From Euglena gracilis (Eukaryota), in contig CP154954.1 of assembly GCA_039621445.1 (NCBI GenBank), forward strand, positions 28,576,417-28,640,416: DNA of 64,000 nucleotides, given 5' to 3'. A model generated the notes under the pieces. The model was given only the letters and a program-made list of their open reading frames with translations, had not been told where the DNA came from and ran no database searches. This document shows, in pieces, positions 34,401-46,200 of this stretch. The number at the start of each line of letters is the position of its first letter. Positions within the stretch are counted from its first letter, which is position 1. The position numbers were made by a program, and so were the translations under genes.

Positions 34401-36770
34401 AAACTCCAATTTCTTGAAACTTTCCTCAGCCAACTGACAAGTCTGGGGTCCAAACACTCTAAATACACTTTGAATTGCACTGTGTCCACCACACTCACAA
34501 AAATGTTCCGCAGGGGGGAGGGCAGCAACTTTTTGCACCTGTCACCCACAAACAAGGGAACCCCACTCGAAATTTTCACCCTGGCCACCGTTACCCTTTC
34601 CAGCAGGGGGGACCAGTACTGGTCCACCCAGTCTGGGTGCACCAGGACCATTTTTGTTCCTTCAAGGCACAACTTGGTCACCGCTTTGCTTAGTTGTCTG
34701 AAAGGGGGGGTTTGCCCACAGAAACTTGGTGGCACCAATGTCACACAACAATTTTTCCCACTAATACCTGTAGGCTGAATTTTCTTTAGTCATGTACAAA
34801 GACTGTGTGTGGTTCAGGTGATTTGCAAAAAGATCAATGCAAATCTGAAGCTCAGAAATCTTCAATTCTTCCAAAGCTTTTGACTTCACTGGCTTGACCA
34901 AAGTGAAGCTTTCTGTCTTGAAAAGTCTGAAAATTCTTTTGATGGTGTGGTCCCCATCATGGCTGTGAAGTAAAAACTCCTCACCTTCGATGATGATTCT
35001 GGGGGGTCTGGTCAATAACCCTCCAAAAAACTCACTTTCTGTGAAGTAAGTCCGCAAGAAAGCCTCAAAGGCACATGTATCCACCACAATAGCTTACAGT
35101 TTCAAAAACTTGGACCCAAACTGCAAACACATCTCACACATTATCTCGGAGAGAACGCACTCCCTGTTGCCGGTCTGCAGGGGTACGGCAGCACTCCGCT
35201 GAAGTTTATTCTCAGGAACACATTTCTTAGAAACTGCAGTAATGGTTGCCCCTGTGTCCAAAATGGCTTGAACATCCTTTCCATAAACCTTCACTGGCAA
35301 AAGATAAGTTTTACACACAATCTGGAGCAATTGCAAAGCATCAGCTTTTCTCTTTTTGGGGGTTCTCACCCAGGGAGGTAACCTGGGTTTGCACTCCCTG
35401 GGGTTGAACCGAAGGGGTCCCTTTGCCTGCCCTCTTCTGGGCTGCTGCCTTCTTTTTCTCAAACTTTCCTTTTGACCAACATCTGTCTTCATAATGCCCC
35501 TTTGTGTAACAAAATAGACAGAAAATTGTTGCTCCAAATCGTGGGGCTGCGGTGTCATCAACTTTTCTTTCACCCTTGCCTTTGCCTTTTCCTTTGCCTT
35601 TTCCTTTTCCACCAAATTTTCCACGTTTTCCAGATTCTGGGACACTTTCACAAAATTTTTCAGATTGATCAGGGGGTCTTTCAATCAGGGGTCTGAGATT
35701 TTCTTTTTTAAGCAAATTCCTCTCCAACAAATGTTCAGAACTTTTTTCCAGTGAATGTCTCAGAACGATGTGTAAAATCCGTCTGCCCTTATGTCTGCAT
35801 ACATTCTGGGGTGTAATTTCCTCAGCAAAACCAGAAACTTTTCCTGTTCACTCATGGCCTTGGGGCTCAACCTGGCCACCAAATTGTGCAATTCAATGAA
35901 AGGTTTTTTGATGTCTTGGGGTTCAGGGTTCTGTGAAAGTGCTGGCAATTTCTCAATGGCAGATCTCAAAGTCATGTCATTTTCCAGTGTTGGGAACAAT
36001 TTTGCAATTTCCAACAGCACTTTTGCAAAATGATCATTCTCTTCCATCACTTTTTCAACCAGTTTTTTCACCTTGGGGGTGCAACATTCCAACATCCAAT
36101 CCTTTTTCTGGACATTTCCAAGTGCAACAGCACCATTTAACCTCAACCATCTGCCAAAATCTTTCAAAAACTCTGGTTAGTTTGCACCATCGAACTCTGG
36201 CAATTTCACAGTGGGTAACCTTGAACTTTGGGGTGAAGTTTGGCTGGTCAGCAAGATGATGAAGGTCTTGCGTCCACCATGATCTTGTTCTGGACAGCAA
36301 TGTGAGCAGCAGCACTAGCAGCTTCAATAACCAAGTATCCAGTACAACTACTGTTGAATTCTCCACTGGGAACCTGTTCGCCACAGCTTGAATGACAACT
36401 TCCTGTTGAAGATGTTGTTCTGTACCAGCAACTCGGTTAACCTTGCCTTCAGGAAGACCAACTTCTGGAACTTCAACAACAACAACAACAGCCAGTGAAA
36501 CAATGATCATTCTCCTCGAAGACGTCTTTGACGATTGGAACAACCTACCTCTGCTACCAAATTTGGACGTCTCAGAATATTCTTTTGTTTTTCTTGAAAT
36601 ACTCGGATTGCCAATTTTCTTGATATCCCAACTGTCCCAAAGACTTAAACACAAATCAATGTGGAGAAATAACACAAGAGCCAGCAGTCTGCGGGGGGGA
36701 AAAGTTTGAATTAGGAATACAAAAGTTAGTTCGACAGTTGGTAAGGTAAGCGGTCAGCAAATAGTTCGCA
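28487..36770 (-). mobile_element. Decayed chromodomain Gypsy, family 3 copy A (3' LTR truncated)
   Basis: 5' LTR 36564-36770; PBS TGGTAGCAGAGG at 36548-36559; CLFCYTKGHYEDRC; ILDTGAT; IDLFAN (MTase); LDMRSGY, FFDDTG; RSDND; KFLVW..STWEP. Confidence 0.9.
31280..33025. mobile_element. Non-autonomous TIR element with 9-bp target duplication (Mutator-like), inserted in Gypsy RT
   Basis: GTTCAGTGT at 31271-31279 and 33026-33034, single in copy B; inverted termini atggccagtttcccccccc-aggac; (GGACCCCCCCA)-like arrays at ~31296-31563 and ~32755-32995. Confidence 0.8.
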
Positions 36771-36799
36771 GGAGACGAAGATCGCTGGTTCTGATGCGA

Positions 36800-39700
36800 T
36801 ACTTGGTTTTCCATTCCTACGGCAACACCGATTGGTGGTGGATTGTCCTTCGCACGGTTCTGGGCTCTACCCACCGCACACACACTTTTTTGAGAGAGTG
36901 TTGACAGTATTTTGCGCATCCAACTCCCAAAAAAATTACAACAAATCCTGTGAAACACTGCATGAAGCGGAAACACGGAATGATTCAAAATTTTCTGCAT
37001 GTGCAAGATGGTATGAGCCATTTTTTGCCAAAGTGGAATCTTGTTCAACAATGCTACTGCAATTGCAGCAACAGTTACACGCGCAAAATGCCACTCCCAA
37101 AATGCTGGAAATTGGTAACTTTGTCGAGGTTGAGCTTTCTGCCACACTCACCACTTCTTTCCAAGAAACCCAATAACGCACTTCGCATCTGTGCTCGGAA
37201 ATCGAGCATTTGAAGCAATTTCAGGCGAAAGTGCAAGAAAATTTTGTTCCCCGTACACAAACTCAGCTTTGGAGGAACGAATCTTACACCTGGAGCAGAA
37301 ATACTGCCATTGTGCCGCAAATCAGGAAGGATTAACCTCCCTGAACGCGAAAATCGCGGATTGCGCACAACGGTTAGATTTCGCGCAACAACAACTGCTA
37401 ACGAAAATTGGCGGTATTCATGCCACCGTTGTCGGTTTGCAGGAGCATGTGTCTGCATTTTCAAAGCAAATTCTCGAAATTAGTGGTATTCAAGCCGCTA
37501 CTGGGAATTATAAACCCGTTGAACCTTGTTGTCGACCACATTAGCGGAAATGCGCTTACCTCCCAATGTTTAGCGCGCTGGGATATCCGAGTCACCGGAA
37601 TTTCGCACCTTTTAAGACAAAATGCTTGGTAACAACAAGGAAACCTTGCGAGGATTTTGCACGACTTTGATTCAACTTACGGCCTCTGTGAATCGGAATT
37701 CTCGGACCATGCAAGATATATATAAACATATATATATGGATATATATTTTTATATATATATAATATAACCAAAAATATATAAACACAAGATATATATAAA
37801 CATCCACCCCCCCCGCTAATAGAAATATCTCAATAAAATTATGCTCAACTCTCTCTATATATTCATATTATTCTTCTATCTATTTTTTCTCACTCTCTCT
37901 CTCTATTTTTTTTTTCCTCCTCTCTCCTCTCTTATTTGCTATTTTGTTATGAAGAAATGTATGTATGTATGTCTGTCTGTCGTTGTTGTATGTATGTCCC
38001 TCCGGTCCGCCGCCAACGCTGCGGGCTTGGTATTCCAAATGTCCCGGAATCGCGTTCTCAATTTACCGTTTCTGGAGTAGGAATCCCTACGTCCACCGCA
38101 AACTTGGTACAACCACCCGCGAAAACGCGAATTGGACCACCTTTGCTTTTGCCCACACCACCAACCCACTTTTCGGAGGACATTTCCGATGCGGAATTTG
38201 GTACCCTGCTCGAAAATTCGAGTCTCCCCCAAGATATTTAACATTCCAACCATTGTGCGAGGAATGAGCCAACACCCTACACCTGGTATTGGTCATGTGT
38301 CGCATTCACGATTCTACCAACCACCATCGGGTTCTGTATTCCCAGGTGACTCATCGGGTTTTCGGCGGGAAATCCGCCCCACCGGGAGAATTTCACCACG
38401 TTTTTCGCATTTAACGCAGGAAACTCCTGCTAACCTTACACTTGGTGCGGGAAATCCTTCACGGGTCACACTTGGAGCGGAAAATCCGCTAAGAAGTGCG
38501 TTTGGTGTTAGGTATTACCGGGACAAAACCACCTTGAATACCACAGAGGGTCAACAGGTTACTCAGAAAGATTTCCTGGGCACCTTCGCAAACGAGAAAA
38601 AGGTGAGCTGGAGACAATTTTTTCGGTACTGGGAGTACTACTGGGCACTAAAGGGGCCCACCCAAGACTCGAACCCTTGAGGTAGTCAAGATGGAATTCA
38701 TCGATTACCTACCAAGGGAGGAGAGAGAACGCGCACGTCACTTGGTGATACGTAATCGCGTATCATTTGACGACCTGATTGAGCAATACGCTTCAACCAA
38801 CTCAAGTTTGGTATCCAGGATTACCCTGGAAAGAAATGGCGACAATGTGCACCCCCGGATCGCAAATGGAAATCCATTGACCTTTGTCATGCGAAATGGC
38901 TGGCACTTGCTTCTGAAGTTGATGAACTTTGTGAGAAGCAAATGCGTGAACAATTCGATGCGGTTTTGATGCGTTTTACACCATCCCTCGTGAAGGATAT
39001 CCATCGCGAGGAGTTTGCGGGGCATGAGATGACTCTTACCCAACGTTTGAATTATGTGTCAAAGCAACTCAAGCTCACACAAGTTTTGGGACAAATACAG
39101 TCTGCTTTCCAAACGCATCCCCCCGCGTGAAGCCCTGCGGGTGCGGTAAGTGCGTTAAAGAATCACCCACGTCACCATGGTAACCCACCACGGGATCCAG
39201 GACGCGGAATCAGCGTTCTTCGGACCAAGGCACGGATAAACTGTGCTTTTTGTGCAACAAATCTGGTCACATGTCTCGGGAATGCCCGAGTCCTGATGCA
39301 CGAAAGTGTATTCAAAGTCCTATGGGGCCCGATCTCCTCACGAGAATCAAATTCCTCGGGTTTTTCGCGCCAATCGGGCGCTGCACGGTATTCGGAGAAC
39401 CGTTTTAGCGGTAGTAGGCCCAAGTCACCGTCGCGTTATGGACGGGAAACCCGTACCTCTCGCGGTCGGTGACCTGGTACCCCTACCCGGAAACGGGACT
39501 TCAATCACGATACTTCACGATCTCATTCGTGAAGCTGATTATCCTCTTCGCGCGTTTCACCAGGAAAGCACCGGCACACCAGTCATGGTCGACGGAAAAC
39601 CCGTTCACCACGACAGTATGACGGTAGAGCAGAATACCGTTCTCCCCGTCACACCGAATCCCACCGTCATCCCACAGTAACGATGTTCACTGTGCGGTTC

Positions 39701-40000
39701 AAAGGACCACCACCCATCCATGTGGCCCAGAACTGGTTCCCTCCGGCCCGCCTACGGAAATCGCGGTAAGCACCGCGAGGCCCGTGGTTACTCCTCCAAC
39801 CAGCAAGAAGTCGGCTTCAAGGTATCTTGTTTGGAGGAGGACACCCCAGCTTCGGGCAGGGAGGGGGATGAGACCTCGGACAAGGAATTCAACGAGGCCC
39901 GTATGACGGTCCGCAAACTGAATTCCATATATTCCACCAAGCGATGTGCCGGCTATGCGGCCGGTTCTGATCAGGAGTGATGGTTATTTCAAGCACAGAC
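36800..40000 (+). pseudogene. Decayed gag-like element (coiled coil, capsid-like stretch, CCHC knuckle); boundaries approximate
   Basis: ALEERILHLEQK..; WRQFFRYWEYYW; CFLCNKSGHMSREC at ~39242-39283; related to 6820-8098. Confidence 0.55.
37715..37995. repeat. AT-rich low-complexity tract: (TA)n, (CT)n, (GTAT)n
   Basis: Direct inspection. Confidence 0.85.
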
Positions 40001-40854
40001 CCTGGGCAGGTGAACAGCTGGAGGTGGGACTTGATCACTCCCGCACCACCTGCCAATCCGCCTGTGGTATGTACTCAGAAATTGCCCCCCCCCACCACAG
40101 CCCTGAAAATTCACACATAGTAACCACAAACTGTGTGGTGTGTGCTGGGGAAACCCCTGCCCATCAGCCCCAACAATCACTCCCCCCAAAATTCCAACAT
40201 TTCAATGGTCAACAATCAAATTCTGACGTAACTTGGGGATACCCCATTTTACGGCTTTACCGTCTGGTAGTACTGGTAAAACTAGAAAGCCACTGGAAAG
40301 CCACTCAAATGCTTGGCACACACCACTCCACTGTTCACCGCCTCCAAAACCACCTCACCGCTGGCGTCCACCAGGACGGCCACCACTTTTCCAACACCGT
40401 TAGCCGCCACGGTAACAACCGTTTTCCGCACCGGGTGTACGAGAAAGTCGGACCCCTGCCCAACACACACCAACATGCGTTCCACACGAGGCAGGGCACG
40501 CGAGTAGCGGTACCCCTCTCGTTCCACTGGATTACAAGACGAAAGCCCAAGTATCCGAAGTTATAACGGTGTCGAGTAGTCGCCCAGCCACACAACACCT
40601 CAGTAACTCACCAGTTGTGTCGAATCAGACACACCTGTACACGACTCCACGGCTAATGCCTCTCACACCCACAATCACACACGCCTGCAACACCACACCA
40701 CTTCCCTCCAATGTGTGTCCCGTGGGAGAAGCACCACAAAACCAGACCAAGATTCGGCAAGTTAATAAAAAAAAGCCAACACTATGCACACAACCCGAAG
40801 CGTACATCCAAGCCTCAAGCCCGCAAAACGCGGTGGTGGGTCACAAATGTCAAC

Positions 40855-41562
40855 GTCACGAAAAAAATTTCAGATTCGCGAAAATCGTGATCTGAATTGC
40901 GGAAATCGCGGGTGGCATCGTGAAAAGCCCGATTTCCGTCGCATTTCCCACGAAAATTTTTTCACTTTCACGAAAAAATTTCAGATTCGCGAAAATCGTG
41001 ATCTGAATGGCGGAAATCGCGAACAGAATCGTGAAAAGCACGATTTCCGTCGCTTTTCTCGCGACAAATTTTTCACTTCCTCAAAAAAATTTTCAGATTC
41101 ACCAAAATCGCGATCTGAATCGCAGAAATCGCGGATGGAATCGTGAAATGCACGATTTCCGTCGCCTTTCCGCGAAAAAATTTCATTTTCACGAAAAAAT
41201 TTTCAGGTTCGTGAAGAACGCGATCTGAATCGCGGAAACCGCGAGCTGAATTGTGACAAGCACGATTTCCGTCGCATTTCCCGCGAAAAAAAATTCACTT
41301 TCACAAGAAAAAATTTCAGATTCGCGAAAACCGCGATCTGAATCGCGGAACTCGCGAGCGGAATCATGAAAAGCACAATTTCTGTCGCATTTCCCACGAA
41401 AATTTTTCACTTTCACGATAAATTTTTAGACTTTTTTCATAATAGCGGAAATCGCGATCTGAATCGCAAAAAAAGAGCGGAATCGTGAAAAGCACGTTTT
41501 CCGTCGCATTTCACGCGAAAATTTTTTCACTTTCATGAAATTTTTTTCATATTCGCGAAAAT
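40855..41562. repeat. ~112-bp tandem repeat, about 6 copies
   Basis: tttcagattcgcgaaaatcg(t/c)gatctgaat recurs near 40868, 40979, 41091, 41201, 41314. Confidence 0.92.
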
Positions 41563-43249
41563 AGCGGGCCAAAAGCCTCCACCAAATAATGAGTCTGTTT
41601 CTCAGCTCTTTCACAGATACTTCCGAGAGGGTTGTTGAATTTCTGATGACATTCTCCAGGATATCAGTGGGGTCCCAAATATGGTCATACTTGAAGACAT
41701 TGGAATTCCATTCTTTTTCTTTTCAATGGAGACAAAAAGAGGGGAAACCGTCAATCACCCAAACTCTGGGAGTAACAATGCTGCTGCACATGCATTTCGT
41801 GCAGTGTTGAGGCTGTGAACAGCAAGATCAAGGATGGCCTCAGCCATCCTGTGGACTGTGCAGTGCTATAAGGGCACCCCTTTGTTCAACGATTGGCCCA
41901 CCAATGCCCTGAAGGCTGAGTCCTATCTGTTGACGTTTCGCAAATTGTTTATGTAAGTGTCGATACTGGACATCGAAACTTCCTGGGATTGTAGTATTTG
42001 CCTGACACAATCCAGCAGGCCAAATTCCACCTTTGGGGGGGCCATATCCTCCCCCCAGCAGTTGGTGAACAGACCCCACTGGGGGGGTACCAGCAAAGCT
42101 CTGCTGCCTGGCTGCCTGATTGACATTAATTGGCGCCACCATGATGTCGAAGCCCAGTGGAGTACGATCAACAGACAAATGAGGTCTGGGTTTAACGTTA
42201 ATCTCTGAACCCGATGCTCCAGGGAGGGTTGGCATAAACTGGGGAGAGGCCCCTTAAATCTGTCTTCAGAGCATCCACCAACAAGGCCCCTTGGTGGGGG
42301 TATCGACAAATGAACTTGGGTAATTTTTTGTTGCTGGGTGTGCAAAACATGTCCACCTCTGGGGTGATGCCTTTTTGAAAGATTTCAATAGCTGGTGAAA
42401 AATGCTTTTGTTTAGAGTATAATCCCCTAGATCTTTTTGCTCCCTGGTCAGGGAGTCTGCCAATTGCTCCTGGGTGGGAAACCAAACCACCTGCAAATTT
42501 ATTTGCCTTTCTTGGCAATGATACAGAAGGGGTTTCAGGATGGAATTTAGGTATGGCTTTTTGCCTCCACATTTTGTTAAATAACTTACTGCCACCTGGA
42601 TGTGCACATGAAGAAAAGTTGTTTGTTTTGGTTTTGCGAAAGGCTTTACAGTTTCCACTGCAGACATCAATTCTTTTTGTTGATATGAAGGACATGCAGG
42701 TCCTTCCAGAAATCTTGGACCTCCTGACGTGAGTTTTTGTCCAGCCCCCCCCCCCACTGCCAGGTGCTGCTGTCTGAGAACAGTTCTTGTGATTGAAATG
42801 ACCTGCCCACACCAGGCTATAAAAATTCTTTTAGTTCCATAATCTGATCCTTGACCCCTTGTGGACTGGTCGGGGTGTGGTCGCAACCCCACTTGGTGTG
42901 CAGCTCCGCCATTTTGCAAAGTTGATCTGTCAGAATTCTTAGAACTGGCATTGAGACTAAATAGCTTCTGACTTGCCCCACAATGAAACTGCGTTTTCTG
43001 CAGCTTATTTTTTGTGCTCTGAGGATTTCTCAAGCGTTTAAGTTTCTCCCGAGGAATTTAGAGTTGTACTGCTTTTCAAGTTGATACACTGGCCCAAATG
43101 TTTTAACACCTGTGTGGGTTCCAGACAGGATTTGGGGAGGTTTAATCTGAAACCTGCCAGAAAAGGTCCTTTTTTATTTCTGCCAAACCTTTGGCTGCTG
43201 AATTTTTGCTGGGGGCTAAAATTAAAATGTCGTCCAGGTAGATGAAAAC

Positions 43250-46200
43250 TGCGAACTATTTGCTGACCTACTTACCTTACCGCCTGCGGAACTGACTTTG
43301 TATTCCTACTTCGAACTTTTCCCCCGCAGACTGCTGGCTCTGGTGTTATGTCTTCAAATTGATTTGTGTTTACGTCTTTTGGTCAATAGAGATATCAGGA
43401 AATTTGGGAATCCGAGTATTTCAAAAAAAACGAAGGAATATTCTGAGGCGTCCAAAGTTGGTCGCAAAGGTTTGTTGTTGCAATCGTCCAAGACGTGTTC
43501 GAGGAGATTTGTCATTGTTTTACTGGTTGTTGAAGTTCCAGAAGGTTGTCTGGTCTTCCTGAAGGCAAGGTTAACCGAGTTGCTGGTACAGAACAACATC
43601 TTCAAAAGCAAGTTGACATTGAGGCTGTGGTGAACAAGTTCACAGTGGAGAATTTGTCAACAGTTTTTGTACTGGTTACAAGGTTGTTGAAGCTGGTGGT
43701 GCTGCAGTTCTTCTTGCTGTCCAGAACAAGATCCTGGTGGAGACAAGATCTTCATCATCTTGCTGACCTGTCCTGAACTAAGTGGTTGGTCTTCTGTTCT
43801 GGTTTCTTCAGTTTTTTTTCTCTTTTTGGGTTGGCCAGTGTTTTTCCCAGTTTCCAGTTTCAAGAGCCAGTAGTTGAGTTTTTTTTTTGCAAGTGATCTG
43901 CAGAAATGTCTTCCATTGAAGATTTGGAAAGAAGGTTACAAGAATTGGAAATCAAATCAGCCAGCAGCAGCAGTCAGTGTTTACCCCTGTGAACCCCATC
44001 ACCCACGTGGAAACATTTCTGAAGCAAATTGTGGAACAAAACTCCAACAACCCCAGCCAAAGTGCAACCCAAAGTTCAAGATTACCCCCTGTGAAATTGC
44101 CAGAGAGATGGTGCAAACTGGCCAGAGTTTTTGAACGATTTTGGCAGATGGTTGAGGTTAACTGGAGCTGTTTCACTTGGAAATGTCCAGAAAAAGGATT
44201 GGCTGTTGGAATGTTGCACCCCCAAAGTGAAAAAAACTGGTTAAAAAAGTGATGGAAGAGAATGATGATTTTGCAAAAGTGCTGTTGTAAATTGCAAAAT
44301 TGTTCCCAACACTGGAAAATGACATGACTTTGAGTTCTGCCATTGAGAAGTTGCCAGCACTTTCACAGAACCCTGAACCCCAAGACATCAAAAAACCTTT
44401 CATTGAGTTGCACAAGTTGATGGCCAGGTTGAGCCCCCAGGCCTTGAGTGAACAGGAAAAGTTTCTGCTTTTGCTGAGGAAATTACACCCCAGAATGTAT
44501 GCAGACATAAGGGCAGACAGATTTTTCAAACATTGTTCTGATACATTCACAGGTTTCAGGAAAACAATTTTGAAAAAAGTTCTGAAGATTTGTTGGAGAG
44601 GAATTTGCTGAAAAAAGAAAATCTCAGACCCTTGGTTGAAAGACCCCCTGACCAATCAGAAAAAGTTGGTGAAAGTGTCCCAGAATCTGGAAAACGTGGA
44701 AATCTGGAGAAAAAGTTGGTGAAAGTGTCCCAGAATCTGGAAAAGGCAAAGGCAAGGGTGAAAGAAAAGTTGATGACACCCCAGCCCCACGATTTGGAGC
44801 AACAATTTTCTGCCGATTTTGTCACAAAACGGGGCATTATGAAGACAGATGCTGGTCAAAAGGAAAGTTTGAGAAAAAGAAGGCAGCAGCCCAGAAGGGG
44901 GCAGGCAAAGGGACCCCTTCGGTTCAACCCCAGGGAGTGCAAACCCAGGTTACCTCCCCGGGTGAGAACCCCCAAAAAGAGAGAAGCTGATGCTTTGCAA
45001 TTGCTCCAGATGGTGTGTAAAACTTATCTTTTGCCAGTGAAGGTTTATGGAAAGGATTTTAAAGCCATTTTGGACACAGGGGCAACCATTACTGCAGTTT
45101 CTAAGAGATGTGTTCCTGAGAACAAAATTCAGTGGAGTGCCGCAGTACCTCTGCAGATCGACAACAGGGAGTGCATTTTCTCCGAGGGGACTTGTGAGAT
45201 GTGTTTGCAGCTTGGGTCCAAGATTTTGAAATTGAAGGCTGTTGTGGTGGAGAATTGTGCCTTTGAGGCAGTTTTGGGGACTGACGTCACAGAGTGTGAG
45301 TTTTTTGGATGGTTGCTGACCGGAATCCCCAGAATCATCATCGAGGGTGAGGAGTTTTTACTTCAGAGCCATGATGGGGACCACACCATCAAAAAAATTT
45401 TCAGACTTTTCAAGACAGAAAGTTACACTTTGGTCAAGCCAGTGAAGTCAAAAGCTTTGGAAGAATTGAAGATTTCTGACGTCCAAATTTGCATTGATCT
45501 TTTTGCAAACCACCTGAACCACACACAGTCTTTGTACATGACTAAAGAAACTTCAGCCTACAGGTAATCGTGGGAAAAATTGTTGTGTGACATTGGTGCC
45601 ACCAAGTTTTTGTGGGCAAACCCCCCTTTCAGACAACTAAGCAAAGTGGTGACCAAGTTGTGCCTTGAAGAAACAAAAATGGTCCTGGTGTACCCAGACT
45701 GGGTGGACCAGTACTGGTCCCCCCTGCTGGAAAGGGTAACGGTGGCCAGGGTGAAAACTTCGAGTGGGGTTCCCTTGTTTGTGGGTCACAGGTGCAAAAA
45801 GGCACTGCCTTCCCCCTGTGGAACACTTTTGTGAGTGTGGTTGACACAGTGCAATTCAAAGTGATTTTGAGCTTTCTTACCCCAGAATTGTCAGTTGGCT
45901 GAGGAAAGTTTCAAGAAATTGGAGTTTGGATGAACTTGGAGGTGAGATCAGCAAGCACCACACAGTGGATGATCAAATTCCAGTTGATTTCCGAGATCTT
46001 CCTGATGTTCCCCCCCCAGCAGCATGCACTGCAATCTGCCAATCCACCTGCAGCCCAGAAAGTTTTTGAAAGTCCAAGTTTTCCTTTGGAGAGTGTTCCC
46101 CCCACGGAATCGGAAGAAAAGGTGAAAGAATCGTTGGACAACGTGGTGGTGGCGGTGTTTGAACCGATGAGTGAGCATGAAAACATCAATTTTTTTGCTG

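Noticed and set aside
40855-41562. CRISPR array (also considered for 13645-13980)
   Set aside because: Whole units repeat with no unique spacers; no cas genes; eukaryotic context.
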